Assembly (NCBI GenBank): GCA_965267575.1
Contig: OZ254086.1
Span: forward strand, 224,001-288,000
Reading direction: 5' to 3'
DNA length: 64,000 nucleotides
From: Calditrichales bacterium
GTDB lineage: Bacteria > Calditrichota > Calditrichia > Calditrichales > J004
The notes below the pieces were generated by a model. That model did not search any database, had not been told where the DNA came from, and saw only the letters and a program-made list of their open reading frames with translations. A program made the position numbers and the translations under genes. The first letter of the stretch is position 1; every line of letters begins with the position of its first letter. This document shows positions 50,193 through 61,398 of the stretch, piece by piece.

Positions 50193-51257
50193 ATGGCCCG
50201 ATTTCTTAAAAACATGCAGGCCAACGAAGGCCAGGCGCCCGGATCGGTTGTCTTTATAGGCAAAAAAAAGGTTGAAAATATTCGCATAAGGCTGATCGAT
50301 TTTGACCAGAGCACGCTGAATGAGGATGAACTGCGCGACATTGCCGAAGGCGTAAAATATACGGAAACGGATACCGTTACCTGGATAAATGTAGATGGTC
50401 TTCATGACGTCGACGTCATGAAAAAAATAGGTAACGCCTTTGATTTACATCCTTTGTTAATGGAGGATGTGGCCAACACGGCACAGCGGCCAAAAATGGA
50501 AGAGTTTGATAACTGTCTCTTTATCGTATTGAAGATGCTGCGTTATGACCGGGAGAAACACGAAGTATCCGCCGAGCAGCTTTCTATCGTTTTGGGACGC
50601 CATTTTCTGATCACCTTCCAGGAGCAGGCCGGTGATGTCTTTGAACCGGTACGTGAGCGTATCCGCAAAGGCAAAGGCCGCATCCGTGCCTCAGGTATCG
50701 ATTACCTGGCTTACGCTCTGCTCGATACGGTAGTGGACAATTACATCTACCTTGTTTCACGGTTGGGTGAGGATATTGAAGAACTGGAGCTGGAAATTCT
50801 TAAAGACACATCGGCAAAAACGCTGGAAAATATCAACGATTATAAACAGGAGATTGCCTTTCTGCGCAAGGCGGTCCGGCCGGCAAAGGAGTTCATCGCG
50901 CGCCTGCCGCGGCTGGAGTCTGAATTTTTAAACGAAGAGACCAAGCCCTTTTTAAACGACCTCAATGACCTTGCAACACAAGCCATTGAAACAATTGACA
51001 CCTACCGCGAAATGCTGTCTGACCAGCTCAATATCTATAACAGCAATGTCAGCAATAAGATGAACGATATCATGCGCATCCTGACCATTTTCGCAGCCAT
51101 CTTTATTCCCCTAACCTTTATCGCCGGTATTTACGGCACCAACTTCGAATACCTGCCGGAGCTGCATTTCAGGTACAGCTATTTTATTTTTTGGGGTGTT
51201 ATGATTGTAGTCGCGCTGAGTTTGCTTTATTATTTTAAAAGAAAAGGCTGGCTGTAA
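50193..51257 (+). CDS. corA: Magnesium/cobalt transporter CorA
   Basis: WINVDGLHD, HPLLMED, QRPK, PLTFIAGIYGTNF (GTN instead of GMN), PEL. Confidence 0.92.
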   Translation: MARFLKNMQANEGQAPGSVVFIGKKKVENIRIRLIDFDQSTLNEDELRDIAEGVKYTETDTVTWINVDGLHDVDVMKKIGNAFDLHPLLMEDVANTAQRPKMEEFDNCLFIVLKMLRYDREKHEVSAEQLSIVLGRHFLITFQEQAGDVFEPVRERIRKGKGRIRASGIDYLAYALLDTVVDNYIYLVSRLGEDIEELELEILKDTSAKTLENINDYKQEIAFLRKAVRPAKEFIARLPRLESEFLNEETKPFLNDLNDLATQAIETIDTYREMLSDQLNIYNSNVSNKMNDIMRILTIFAAIFIPLTFIAGIYGTNFEYLPELHFRYSYFIFWGVMIVVALSLLYYFKRKGWL

Positions 51258-51278
51258 GCGGCGATAAATTCTACCTGT

Positions 51279-51310
51279 AAAAAAGCCGTGCTTCAGTGAA
51301 ACACGGCTTT
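51279..51310. terminator. Bidirectional terminator
   Basis: AAAAAAGCCGTG...CACGGCTTT between convergent corA and mdh. Confidence 0.8.
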
Positions 51311-51329
51311 GAGTAAGGTCGGGTTACAT

Positions 51330-52286
51330 TTACGATGTCATTTTCACAACTTCGTCGCTGGTGGCTCGAACCGAAGCGACGGACTTCTTGAACAGCTCTT
51401 TTTCATCGGCGGTCAGATCCATTTCAATGATCTGCTCAATGCCTTTTTTGCCAAGAATTGCCGGCACGCCGATAAATAATCCCTCCACGCCGTATTCACC
51501 GTTCAATAATGTACAAACCGGGATAATCTTGCGCGTATCATAAATGATGGCTTCGGCCATTTGCAGCGCGCTCCACGCCGGAGACACAAATGCCGATCCG
51601 GAACCGAGCAGGCTTACCACTTCACCGCCGGCCTTACGCGTACGCGCTTCGATCGCTTCCAGTTTATCCGCCGAGACAAATTTCTCAACCGGCATGCCGG
51701 CTATGCGGCAGGCCGAACGGATCGGCAGCATGTCGTCACCGTGGCCGCCAAGCACCATCGCTTCCACATTATCCACACTTACGCCGGCTTCCTGGGCAAT
51801 AAACAGGCGGTAACGGGCGCTGTCCAGCACACCGGCCATACCCATAATTTTGGTGCGGTCTTTTTTCAGGTTCATCTGCAGGCGGTAAACGATCGCGTCC
51901 AGCGGGTTGGCGATGGAGATAACAATGGCATTTTTGGCATAACGATCAATACCATCGCTTACGGCATCGGTAATTTTGAGGTTCGTGGACAACAACTCTT
52001 CACGCGTCGGCAGAGAACCGTCGGGTCTGCGTGTACGCGGCACACCGGCCGTATTGATAACCATATCCGCGCCTTCGATCACATCATAGGTTTTGGCGCC
52101 AACGGCCTTCACATCGGAACCGATTACGGGAGAGCCTTCGGCGATATCGAGGCATTTACCCTTGGCAAAATCCGGCTCCTTGATATCCACCAAAGCCACT
52201 TCGCGGGCCAGCTTGCGCGTGACGATTTCCTGCACAAGCACGCCGCCGATATTTCCGCCGCCAATCACGGCAATCTTGTTTAGCAT
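51330..52286 (-). CDS. mdh: Malate dehydrogenase (LDH-like)
   Basis: GGGNIG, TAGVPR...TREEL, NPLD, GMAGVLDSAR, LGGHGD. Confidence 0.9.
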   Translation of the reverse strand: MLNKIAVIGGGNIGGVLVQEIVTRKLAREVALVDIKEPDFAKGKCLDIAEGSPVIGSDVKAVGAKTYDVIEGADMVINTAGVPRTRRPDGSLPTREELLSTNLKITDAVSDGIDRYAKNAIVISIANPLDAIVYRLQMNLKKDRTKIMGMAGVLDSARYRLFIAQEAGVSVDNVEAMVLGGHGDDMLPIRSACRIAGMPVEKFVSADKLEAIEARTRKAGGEVVSLLGSGSAFVSPAWSALQMAEAIIYDTRKIIPVCTLLNGEYGVEGLFIGVPAILGKKGIEQIIEMDLTADEKELFKKSVASVRATSDEVVKMTS

Positions 52287-52455
52287 TGTATTTCTCCTCT
52301 CCTTTTAAAAGCGTAGAATAACGCTTAAAAATTACACACAGCGAACAAGTAAAGCAAACCTGTCGTATGCTTCTTTTTGCGGATTATGTTTTGCATTTAT
52401 CCGGTTAAATGATCAAGTTTTGCGGCTTATTTACTACTATCTAAAAAGGACTTGT

Positions 52456-54807
52456 ATGCGTTTTTACGGATTATCTTTTTTGTTTTTTCTATTTACGATT
52501 GTTGCAACGGCAGCGGGCCAAAATCCGGCCGTGCGTGAAGATATGTCCGCGATTCAGGGCGTGGTTGCCAGCGAGACCGGCGAGCCCGTAAGCGATGCCC
52601 ATATTTACCTGGCCGACGGCAATAAAAATGATGTAAGCGATATTAACGGCTTTTTTGAGATTGCCCCCTTGGCGGCGGGAAAATATACCCTGCTCGTCGA
52701 ACATGTATCCTATGAAAAGCAAAAAGTGGTGGCCGTTACGGTTCCGCCCGGCGCCATCGCCGTGGTGGATACCATTTACCTGAAGCCCACCGTGCGCGAA
52801 ACCGAAAGTGTGGTGGTCACCGCGCGGCGCGAGGGACGCGGTGAAATGGAGATTGCCAGCGCGTTGAATATGGTAAGCCGCATCGACCTGGAGCGGCGCC
52901 AGGTAAAAACCTCCGCCGAGGCATTGCGCGAAGAGAGCGGTGTATTTGTGCAGAAAACCAACCATGGCGGCGGATCGGCCATTATTAGAGGGCTGAGCAG
53001 TAACCAGATCCTGCTGCTGGTAGACGGCATCAGACTGAACAACTCCACCTACCGCCTGGGCAACCACCAGTATCTCACCACGGTGGATTACAACAGCCTT
53101 AGCCGCATCGAAGTACTGCGCGGGCCGGGCGCGGTGTTACACGGCAGCGATGCTCTTGGCGGCACCATCAACCTGATAACGCAAAAGCCGGATTTTGAAA
53201 CACAACGGTGGCAATGGAACGGATCGATCACTTCGCGTTATGCCAGCGCTGATGAGGAAAAAGCCGGCAACATCCGCTTAAGCGGCGGTAACCGCGAATG
53301 GGCTTTCAGCACCACCTACAGTTACAAAGATTTCGGTGACCTGCGCCAGGGCAGCAATGCCGACTATCAGCGTCTTTTGCGCGGACGCAACGGCGATGTG
53401 CAGCAACCGACCGCCTTTAAGGCCTTGGACGCTTCGGCCAAGCTGCTGTGGGAAGCAGACGGCAGCGGCAGGCAATGGGTGCTCGCCTGGCAACACAGCG
53501 ATCAGCAGGATGTGCCGCGTTACGATAAATACGCCTACGACAACAACGATCTCTGGACCTACGATCCGCAAAAACGCGACCTGCTCTATCTGAAGCTGCG
53601 CCAAAAAACGAGTCTGGCGCTTGCCCACACGCTGGAAGCCACAGTGTCGCGCCAGGTGCAGGAAGAGGGTCGCAACACACGCAACGCCCCTGGCGATCCG
53701 CTGCAGGAAGAGCGCGATGAAACAGAGACACTGGGCTTCTCCATGCAGGCAGGCGGCGCCTGGGGGAAACATCTGCTCAGTTATGGAATCGACCTGTACC
53801 GTGACGATGTCTCCAGCCTGGCGCGCAGCATAACCGCTGAAGGTATCCAGCCGGAAGTGCGTGGCCGCTACCCGGACGGGGCGCGTTATACAAGCCTCGG
53901 TATCTTCCTGGAAGACGAATACCACCCGGCTGCGCGCTGGATCATCACCGGCGGCCTGCGATATTCACGCTTTAACACCACTTTTGATATTGTGGAAGAT
54001 CCCGCTATCGGGCAGGTGGAACAGACATTTCAGTCGCTTACCGCAAGTGGGTCGCTGATTTACAAGCTCAGTGACGGCTGGAACTTGATTGCCGCCGTCA
54101 GCCAGGGTTTCCGCGCGCCCAACCTGAGCGATCTGACCAAGCTGGGTGAGTCCAAAGGCAATGTGTACGAAGTGCCCAACTTTGACCTCGAGCCGGAAAA
54201 GGCGCTCAATTTTGAGGCCGGCGTTAAGGCCGAAACGGATGATTACCGCGTTGAACTGAGCGCCTGGTATATGACGATCAGCGACCTGATTGGCAGCGCC
54301 GATGACAGCTACCGCGGCAGCGGTCAAATAGACATTAACGGTGAGACCTTTCGGATAAAGAGCAAGCAAAATATCGGTGAAGCGTTTATCAGCGGGATTG
54401 AAGCGGCTTTGCGCAAAAAGCTGACGAACTACTGGCAGGTTAGCGGCAACGTCGCTTACGCCTATGGCCGGAACAGCACACTCGATGAACCGATCGGCGG
54501 TATTCCCCCGCTTTTCGGACGGTTGGGGATCAACTGGCAGAAAAGGGATTGGGACGCTGAAGTATATAGCCGTTTTGCCAGCAGCCAGACGCGCCTTTCC
54601 GCCGATGATAAAGACGATCCTCGCATTCCGGTAGAAGGCACACCGGGCTGGTACACGATCAACCTGCGCGCCGCAAAGGATTTTGGAAAAAGAGTTACAG
54701 TGCGCGCGGCCGTGGAAAACATTCTCGATACTTTATACCGTGAACACGGTTCAGGCATCAACGGCCCGGGACGCAATTTTATTGTTGGTTTAAAGCTCTC
54801 TTTTTAA
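52456..54807 (+). CDS. TonB-dependent receptor
   Basis: Signal peptide, carboxypeptidase-regulatory-like domain, plug (QKTNHGGGS, IEVLRGPGAVLHGSDALGG), FRAPN, terminal Phe. Confidence 0.93.
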   Translation: MRFYGLSFLFFLFTIVATAAGQNPAVREDMSAIQGVVASETGEPVSDAHIYLADGNKNDVSDINGFFEIAPLAAGKYTLLVEHVSYEKQKVVAVTVPPGAIAVVDTIYLKPTVRETESVVVTARREGRGEMEIASALNMVSRIDLERRQVKTSAEALREESGVFVQKTNHGGGSAIIRGLSSNQILLLVDGIRLNNSTYRLGNHQYLTTVDYNSLSRIEVLRGPGAVLHGSDALGGTINLITQKPDFETQRWQWNGSITSRYASADEEKAGNIRLSGGNREWAFSTTYSYKDFGDLRQGSNADYQRLLRGRNGDVQQPTAFKALDASAKLLWEADGSGRQWVLAWQHSDQQDVPRYDKYAYDNNDLWTYDPQKRDLLYLKLRQKTSLALAHTLEATVSRQVQEEGRNTRNAPGDPLQEERDETETLGFSMQAGGAWGKHLLSYGIDLYRDDVSSLARSITAEGIQPEVRGRYPDGARYTSLGIFLEDEYHPAARWIITGGLRYSRFNTTFDIVEDPAIGQVEQTFQSLTASGSLIYKLSDGWNLIAAVSQGFRAPNLSDLTKLGESKGNVYEVPNFDLEPEKALNFEAGVKAETDDYRVELSAWYMTISDLIGSADDSYRGSGQIDINGETFRIKSKQNIGEAFISGIEAALRKKLTNYWQVSGNVAYAYGRNSTLDEPIGGIPPLFGRLGINWQKRDWDAEVYSRFASSQTRLSADDKDDPRIPVEGTPGWYTINLRAAKDFGKRVTVRAAVENILDTLYREHGSGINGPGRNFIVGLKLSF

Positions 54808-54842
54808 ATTTGGCTTTTCCCCAACAAACGAACAGGAAACTT

Positions 54843-55193
54843 ATGCGTTACATCCCGATCATTTTATCATCGTTGATTTTTGCCGCTCATTTTTTGCGTG
54901 ACGGCGATTTGGCTATCACCGTTATTATTGCGCTTATGCCGCTGTTGTTGCTGCTCCGTAAAGCCTGGGTGCCCGTCGTGCTGCAGGTGCTGGCCTACGC
55001 GGCCACAATTACCTGGCTGTACACGGCCTACGACATTATGCAGACACGCATCGCGATGGGTATGCCTTATGTGCGCATGCTGGCCATTCTTATTGCCGTG
55101 GCGTTATTCAGCGCCTGGTCAGGCTGGTTGCTCAACACCCGGCGGGTAAAGGAGCGCTTTGGGGCAGGCGGAGATAGTGAATTGTTGAATTAA
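54843..55193 (+). CDS. Small membrane protein
   Basis: About four hydrophobic segments; AAHFLR motif. Confidence 0.75.
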   Translation: MRYIPIILSSLIFAAHFLRDGDLAITVIIALMPLLLLLRKAWVPVVLQVLAYAATITWLYTAYDIMQTRIAMGMPYVRMLAILIAVALFSAWSGWLLNTRRVKERFGAGGDSELLN

Positions 55194-55266
55194 CGGATTA
55201 TTGAATTAATGAGAGGGCATGCGTTATTCGGGTAGTGAGTAGCCATCCGGAAGCCATGTGTCGCCG

Positions 55267-55298
55267 AACCCATCCCTAACCCTTCCCAGGAAGGGAAC
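55267..55298. repeat. REP-like element AACCCATCCCTAACCCTTCCC..GAAGGGAAC
   Basis: Near-identical copy at 61343-61374 and a related inverted copy at 61276-61307. Confidence 0.85.
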
Positions 55299-55326
55299 TG
55301 TAAAGTCAAATATCTAAAGCCTTGAT

Positions 55327-55357
55327 AAAAAAAATGGGCAGGCACTTGGCACTGCCC
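55327..55357 (-). terminator. Possible terminator of the helicase gene
   Basis: GGGCAG...CTGCCC stem next to an A run. Confidence 0.55.
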
Positions 55358-55385
55358 TTTGCTTTTATTGGAATACCGCAAGCGT

Positions 55386-55417
55386 TAACACATTAACACG
55401 ATAACACCCTAGCACAA
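55386..55417. repeat. Octamer array TAACACnn x4
   Basis: taacacat taacacga taacaccc tagcacaa. Confidence 0.75.
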
Positions 55418-55420
55418 TCT

Positions 55421-57151
55421 TCATGATCTTTTCTTGCGTGTTTTTCTGGCTGGCGGGCCAAAGGAGCGGCGGCGGGCCTGATTACGTGGGCGGCTGGAAA
55501 TGCCGTCTTCATTTTCTTCGGCGGGCCACACACTGATCTCACGGCGATTGTATTCTACCCCGCTGAAACCGTTCATGATATCCTTGCCGTGGCGTGAATC
55601 CACCTCAAACCAGGAAACATTTTTCATCAGGTTGATGCGGCCGATCTCCACATGACGCCCGCGGGTACAGCGGTTTATCAGGCCGATAAGGTCGCGCGGG
55701 TTGACGCTGTCGCGGTGGCCCAGGTTGATCATAAAGCGGATAAAGCCGGCCTCCACGCCCCGCTCGCGGGTACGCTCGCGCTTGCCCGGTTTTTCATCGC
55801 GGTCACGGCCCTTTTTGCCTTCCACAGGCGCGTTGAGATCTTCAGCATCCTTGTAATAATCCAGGAAGCGGTTAAACTCCAGCGCCACAAAATGCTTGAT
55901 CAGCTCTTCGCGGCTCAGCCATTCCAGCTTTTCATATATCTCGGGCAGAAAGCTGTCGATTTCCTTATGGTCGATCTCGATTTTTTCCAGGCGGTCGGCC
56001 ATGTGCAGCAACTGGCGCTGGCAGATCTCGCGGCCACCGGGCACGGGCTGGCGTTCAAAATCGTGACCCAGCTGCTTTTCTATCTCACGGATACGCGATT
56101 TCTCACGCAGGTTAACGATTGCAATAGAAATGCCTTTACGGCCGGCGCGACCGGTGCGGCCGCTGCGGTGCTTGTACACGGCGCTGTCGTCGGGCAGATT
56201 ATAGTTGATGATATGCGTGATGTCCTGAACATCGATGCCGCGGGCGGCAACATCCGTGGCTACCAGCATCTGGATGTGTTTGATGCGGAATTTGTGCATG
56301 ATCTGTTCGCGCTGGCCCTGGTTCAGGTCGCCGTGCAGCGCCTCGGCATTGTAGCCGTCCTGGATCAGCTTTTGTGCTACTTCCTTGGTTTCCTGGCGTG
56401 TGCGGCAAAAAATGATGCCGTAAATATCGGGGTTGTAATCAACGACACGCTTTAAAGCGCTGTAGCGGTCTTTGGAACGCACCACATAGCAAATATGATG
56501 TATCAGCTCCGTGCCGCTTTCCCAACTGCCTGTCTTTACCTGCTCGGGGTTGTGCATGTAGGTTTTGGCGATCTTCGATACCTCGGGGGGCATGGTGGCC
56601 GAGAACAGCCAGGTATTGCGGTCCGTCGGCGTGCTATCCAGAATGGCATCAAGCTCATCTTTAAAACCCATATTCAGCATCTCGTCCGCCTCATCCAGCA
56701 CCACGGTATGGATTGAGCGGAAATCCACCAGGCGGCGGTCCAGCAAATCTTTCATGCGGCCGGGCGTGGCAACGATGACAGGCGCACCGCCCTGCAACGC
56801 CTTTACCTGACGCGACATATCAGCGCCACCGTAAACAGGCACCACATCGATACCCGGCAGGTATTTGGCAAAGTTCTTCAGATCGCCGGCGATTTGCAGA
56901 CACAGCTCGCGGGTCGGCGCAAGGATCAGTCCCTGCGGCAATCGCACATCACGGTTGATGTACTGCAGCAAAGGCAGGCCAAAAGCGGCGGTTTTGCCGG
57001 TACCGGTCTGGGCCAGGCCCATCAAATCGCGGTTACCCTGCAGCAGCAATGGAATCACCTGCTCCTGGACAGGCATCGGCGATTCAAATCCAAGATCTTT
57101 TACAGCGTTCAATAATTCCGGGGAAAGCCCCAGCTCTTCAAAAGTCGACAT
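55421..57151 (-). CDS. DEAD-box RNA helicase with DbpA-type RNA-binding domain (DeaD/CsdA-like)
   Basis: AQTGTGKT, PTREL, DEAD, SAT, HRSGRTGRAG; C-terminal RFMINLG domain. Confidence 0.93.
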   Translation of the reverse strand: MSTFEELGLSPELLNAVKDLGFESPMPVQEQVIPLLLQGNRDLMGLAQTGTGKTAAFGLPLLQYINRDVRLPQGLILAPTRELCLQIAGDLKNFAKYLPGIDVVPVYGGADMSRQVKALQGGAPVIVATPGRMKDLLDRRLVDFRSIHTVVLDEADEMLNMGFKDELDAILDSTPTDRNTWLFSATMPPEVSKIAKTYMHNPEQVKTGSWESGTELIHHICYVVRSKDRYSALKRVVDYNPDIYGIIFCRTRQETKEVAQKLIQDGYNAEALHGDLNQGQREQIMHKFRIKHIQMLVATDVAARGIDVQDITHIINYNLPDDSAVYKHRSGRTGRAGRKGISIAIVNLREKSRIREIEKQLGHDFERQPVPGGREICQRQLLHMADRLEKIEIDHKEIDSFLPEIYEKLEWLSREELIKHFVALEFNRFLDYYKDAEDLNAPVEGKKGRDRDEKPGKRERTRERGVEAGFIRFMINLGHRDSVNPRDLIGLINRCTRGRHVEIGRINLMKNVSWFEVDSRHGKDIMNGFSGVEYNRREISVWPAEENEDGISSRPRNQARRRSFGPPARKTRKKRS

Positions 57152-57437
57152 TAGTCTATTTCCCTCTTTAAATGACACCGCGCGGATGGGTGCAGGGCCT
57201 CATACAATCGGGCAATAGGCGTAAAAACGAAATACCGGATAGCTGACGGCGGGAAGAAAAGATGTACTCAAAAATCCATCAATCCACTGCGCTTTCTCTC
57301 GCGCAGCACACATCCACACAAATTATGATTTATACTGTTTTCCAACAGCCGCGTAAGATACGACATTTTGCGGGCGTTACCTAATAATTATTTGGAGAAG
57401 TTTTTCATGAATTTATTAGGCGACTCTCCACCAATCC

Positions 57438-57463
57438 GTCATCCTGAATTCATTTCAGGATCT
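57438..57463. repeat. REP-like palindrome GTCATCCTGAATTCATTTCAGGATCT
   Basis: Related copies form an inverted doublet at 61167-61231. Confidence 0.8.
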
Positions 57464-57588
57464 TTTTACAGGAGTTAAAGCCCGCAGGCTCGAAGGCTCT
57501 GACGGAAAAAAGGGCCGCTTTTTTCCTGTTTTGAAGACAATATTGTTGGTATATTGATTCAAAGTTTTTGCCGGACGGAGGATATATT

Positions 57589-58431
57589 ATGTTGCGCCTA
57601 TTAAGCTGGATTATTACTTACCTTTTTGCACTCTCTTTGGTTAGCTCCTGCCAGTTTGCGACCACTATAGAGGAGGACGATGCATATTATCGAATCAATA
57701 TCCCCATTAACCAAAAAGCGGTTTACGCAATTTTACATTATGAAGAATTTGCGGACAATGATTCTTTGGTTTTGAGCGGTATCTCAATAGGCTCGCTGAT
57801 ATTCAATAATCAAAGGCAATCCGGCGATACGCTGTTTTTAATGGGCACATGCGAGATCCTGGAAATTTATAACGACGTAATCGTTGCAACTGAGAGCGAA
57901 CCTATCAGGATAGCATTAACCAGTGATTGGGTGTTTCTTGATGACTCAAATGGCCCCTATGGCTATAATTTTCTCTTGAAAAATTCCGCGGACACTACCG
58001 CCATTCCCACCATAAATCATGAACAGTTTCCAATACTTCCAAGGGTGCTGACTGCAAATGCTCACCAAATAATTTACAGACCGGCGAGTTCGGACTACAC
58101 TTTTCTTGGTGTACGCAGGGAGTTCTATGCAATGTCTCCGCAAACCTGGAAAGATGAAATTGGCACAGAGCAAGGTATCTTTCTAAAAATAAAGCATGTG
58201 CTTGATGGAATTGGTGATGAGCTTAATTTTGAAATACTCGCCGACGACCACGGCATTATTCGCTCATTCTGGTCATTTCCGACGATATATATTGACCCCC
58301 AAACAGGCGACGATGAGAGCTTAACCGTCCACCGCATTAACCGCCGTATTGTCGATTACACGGACCCACGGCAGATACAATCGCTGGAGCATTATTATAA
58401 CCTGGTAAACGAGAGCGGCCTGCGCCGTTGA
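57589..58431 (+). CDS. Lipoprotein of unknown function
   Basis: GGAGG RBS, ATG 57589, lipobox VSSC; more AT-rich than its neighbours. Confidence 0.7.
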   Translation: MLRLLSWIITYLFALSLVSSCQFATTIEEDDAYYRINIPINQKAVYAILHYEEFADNDSLVLSGISIGSLIFNNQRQSGDTLFLMGTCEILEIYNDVIVATESEPIRIALTSDWVFLDDSNGPYGYNFLLKNSADTTAIPTINHEQFPILPRVLTANAHQIIYRPASSDYTFLGVRREFYAMSPQTWKDEIGTEQGIFLKIKHVLDGIGDELNFEILADDHGIIRSFWSFPTIYIDPQTGDDESLTVHRINRRIVDYTDPRQIQSLEHYYNLVNESGLRR

Positions 58432-58499
58432 TACTTCTGCCGGTGATCCCGGTGTGGAAAAAACACCAACCGGGATGACGGGGACCCGTGCTTCTCTTT

Positions 58500-59687
58500 C
58501 TACTCTCCCCCAAACAGTTCCTTTGCGACGCGGCGATAGGCTTCGCGGAAAGAAATACCCTTTTGCACCAGTTCGTACACTTTGTCCGTGGCAAACAGCT
58601 CGTCGGTCATCTGCTTCTTTGCGGCCGACGCATCCACCTTCAGTTCACCCACCAGACCGGTCATGATCTGCAGTGCGTCGCGGGTAGTTTCCAGGCTCTT
58701 TAGGACGGGCTCTTTGGTCAGCTGCAAATCGCGGTGGTAGCCGCTAATCAGGTTGGCGGTGGTGGTTTTTAACTGTGTCTCAAAACCAAGCACACGGTGG
58801 TAGCTGGCGCGCACCAGTTCCAGCACATCGGGGTTGACTTTTTGCGGCATGATCGAGCTGCCGGTTGCATATTTATCGGGCATCTTAAAAAAGCCCCACT
58901 CCGGCATGCTGAACAGGATCAGGTCGGCGGCGCAACGATTGAGGTCCAGCAGGATCTGCGAAAGTGCGCTCAGCAGCATGGTTTCAAACTTGCCGCGGCT
59001 GAGCTGTGTGTAAACAGGATTCTTCTGCACGCGGTCGAAGCCCAGCTCCCTGGCCGTAAATTCTCGGTCCAGCAGCAGCGGCACGCCATAACCGGCAGCA
59101 GTGCCCAATGGCGACTGGTTGACGATTTTGCGCACGCCCTTCAACAGCTCACGGTCGTCGGCCAGGGCGTCAATGAAAGCGCCGGCCCACATCTTTACGG
59201 AAGAGGGCATTGCCTTGCGTGTATGCGTCAACCCGGGGATGGCTGTTTTGCCGTGCCTTTTTTGCAGCCCTTTGAAAGCCGCGGCCAGTTCCCGCGCCAG
59301 TTCGTCGATGGCATCAATGGCGTCGCGGTAAAGCAGGCGCAGGGCCGTCAATACCTGGTCATTGCGCGAGCGACCGGTGTGGATTTTCTTTCCGGTTTCG
59401 CCGTATTTCTTCGTCAGCCAATTTTCGATCGCCGTGTGGCAGTCTTCATCGCTGACCTTTATTTCAAATGTGCCCTGCTCGTCCAGCCGGATAATCTCAT
59501 CAAGCCCATGCAGCAGGTTGTCGCGCTCTTTTTCACTCAGCAGACCGATTTTGTGCAGCATACGCGCGTGCGCTTTGGAAGCGATGCAATCGTAATACAC
59601 AAGCTGCCGGTCCAGCCACCAGTCGTCGCCCACTGTGAAGCGTTCTACGGCACTGTCCGCCTCTTTACCTTTGTGCCACAGCTTCAT
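58500..59687 (-). CDS. argH: Argininosuccinate lyase (short form)
   Basis: [37 protein letters not shown]. Confidence 0.93.
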   Translation of the reverse strand: MKLWHKGKEADSAVERFTVGDDWWLDRQLVYYDCIASKAHARMLHKIGLLSEKERDNLLHGLDEIIRLDEQGTFEIKVSDEDCHTAIENWLTKKYGETGKKIHTGRSRNDQVLTALRLLYRDAIDAIDELARELAAAFKGLQKRHGKTAIPGLTHTRKAMPSSVKMWAGAFIDALADDRELLKGVRKIVNQSPLGTAAGYGVPLLLDREFTARELGFDRVQKNPVYTQLSRGKFETMLLSALSQILLDLNRCAADLILFSMPEWGFFKMPDKYATGSSIMPQKVNPDVLELVRASYHRVLGFETQLKTTTANLISGYHRDLQLTKEPVLKSLETTRDALQIMTGLVGELKVDASAAKKQMTDELFATDKVYELVQKGISFREAYRRVAKELFGGE

Positions 59688-60958
59688 GATTTATCTCCCG
59701 CCGGGCCGCGTTTGCCACGCCAGGCATAAGGGCTTTCCTTGCGCAGCACAATGTTATGCGCCTTGAGCCGCAGCGCGTTGATATTGATAAAGCCACGGGC
59801 ATCTTCCTGATTATAGCCGCCTTCAATGTCCATGCTGGCCAGCTCCTGGTCGTACAGCGATGTGGGCGAGGTGCGCCCGATGACGTAGCAGTTGCCCTTG
59901 TACAGCGAAAGGGTCACCGTGCCGTCCACCGCCTCCTGGCTTTTCTCAAACGAAGCCAGCAGAAAATCCATCTCCGGTGAAAACCAGAAGCCGTTGTAGA
60001 TCAGCTCGGAGAATTTGGGCACCAGCATGTTGCGCAGCCGCATCACCTCTTTGTCCATGGCGATCGCTTCGATGTCCTCGTGCGCCTTCCACAGGATTGT
60101 GCCGCCGGGCGTTTCGTAAATGCCGCGCGACTTGATACCGACAAAGCGGTTCTCCACGATATCGATGCGCCCGATGCCGTTTTCCCGGCCCAGGTCGTTG
60201 AGGTACAAAAACATCTCCAGCGGATCGCTTTTAACGGTGCCGTTACTTTTGTTGACCACCCGCACGGGGAAGCCGTCTTTAAATTCTATTTCAACGATTG
60301 TCTCCTCGTCCGGCGCGTCTTTGGGGGCTTTAGACATGCTGTAGATATCTTCGCCGGCCACAAAATTGGGGTCTTCCAGGATACCCGCCTCATGGCTGAT
60401 GTGGAACAGGTTCTCGTCCTCGCTGTAGGGCTTTTTCAGCGTGGCTTTTACGGGGATGTTCTCAGCCTCGGCATATTCGATCATGTCGCTGCGTCCCTGG
60501 AAACGGTCCAGGAATTCGCGCTCCTTCCAGGGGGCGATTATTTTCACGGTGGGGTGCAGCGCGTAGTAGGCCAGTTCAAATCGTACCTGATCGTTGCCTT
60601 TCCCGGTCGCACCGTGGGCCACATAGTCCGTACCCTCCTCCAGCGCGATCTCAATCTGCTTTTTAGCGATCAACGGACGCGCCAGGGCCGTGCCCAGCAG
60701 ATAGCGCCCCTCATAAACGGCATGACCGCGCATGGCCGGAAAAACGTAATCGGTTATAAACTCGCGTTTAAGATCGGCAACAACGGTTTTTATGGCGCCG
60801 GTCTTTTGGGCTTTGTCGCGCACTTGTTCAAAATCCTCACGCTGTCCCACATCGGCCACATAGCAGACCACGTCAAAGCCCTTGTGTATCAGCCATTTCA
60901 AAATCACCGACGTATCCAGCCCGCCGCTGTAGGCCAGGATCACCTTCTCTTTTGCCAT
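59684..60958 (-). CDS. argG: Argininosuccinate synthase
   Basis: [39 protein letters not shown]. Confidence 0.97.
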   Translation of the reverse strand: MAKEKVILAYSGGLDTSVILKWLIHKGFDVVCYVADVGQREDFEQVRDKAQKTGAIKTVVADLKREFITDYVFPAMRGHAVYEGRYLLGTALARPLIAKKQIEIALEEGTDYVAHGATGKGNDQVRFELAYYALHPTVKIIAPWKEREFLDRFQGRSDMIEYAEAENIPVKATLKKPYSEDENLFHISHEAGILEDPNFVAGEDIYSMSKAPKDAPDEETIVEIEFKDGFPVRVVNKSNGTVKSDPLEMFLYLNDLGRENGIGRIDIVENRFVGIKSRGIYETPGGTILWKAHEDIEAIAMDKEVMRLRNMLVPKFSELIYNGFWFSPEMDFLLASFEKSQEAVDGTVTLSLYKGNCYVIGRTSPTSLYDQELASMDIEGGYNQEDARGFININALRLKAHNIVLRKESPYAWRGKRGPAGDKS

Positions 60959-60973
60959 ATCTTACCCCCATTA

Positions 60974-61008
60974 ATCTTGATCATGATCCTGATCTTGTTC
61001 TTGATCAG
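60974..61008. repeat. Hexamer array ATCnTG
   Basis: atcttg atcatg atcctg atcttg ttcttg atcag, just upstream of the argG RBS. Confidence 0.65.
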
Positions 61009-61166
61009 AGATTCTTCAGGTCTTTTGTTTAACCAATCCACCCGGCAGGCAATATATTTGGAGTTGCCCAAAATGTAAAAAATAATTCAGCCGCGCTTTC
61101 AGCAGTTTCTTTTGGCTTCACTTTAACGGAAGGTTTTGTTAGAATAGAAATAATCTTTTTTTTACC

Positions 61167-61374
61167 GTCATTCTGAATTCATTTCAGGATCTCACCGCGG
61201 GGAGAAGATTCTGAAACAAGTTCAGAGTGACGTAATCAGCATCGCAACCGTGAAAGGCTTGCAAGCGACAAAACAGTTCCCCTCCGGGGAGGGGTTAGGG
61301 GTGGGTTTTTTCTTGCCCGGGAAAATTGATACCTGATCAGGAAACCCATCCCTAACCCTTCCCAAGAAGGGAAC
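61167..61374. repeat. Cluster of two inverted REP-like doublets
   Basis: GTCATTCTGAA...AGATTCTGAAACAAGTTCAGAGTGAC (61167-61231), plus 61276-61307 paired with 61343-61374. Confidence 0.8.
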
Positions 61375-61398
61375 CGGCAGGTTGCCAAATCAAGATTG

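Noticed and set aside
55190-55381. ORFs containing FPSWEGLGMG (also 61236-61418)
   Set aside because: These are translations of the REP-like repeat, not proteins
60080-61078. Long antisense ORFs (also 8938-9717, 11333-12262, 19189-20097, 58797-59729)
   Set aside because: Shadows of well-supported genes on the opposite strand with no recognisable motifs
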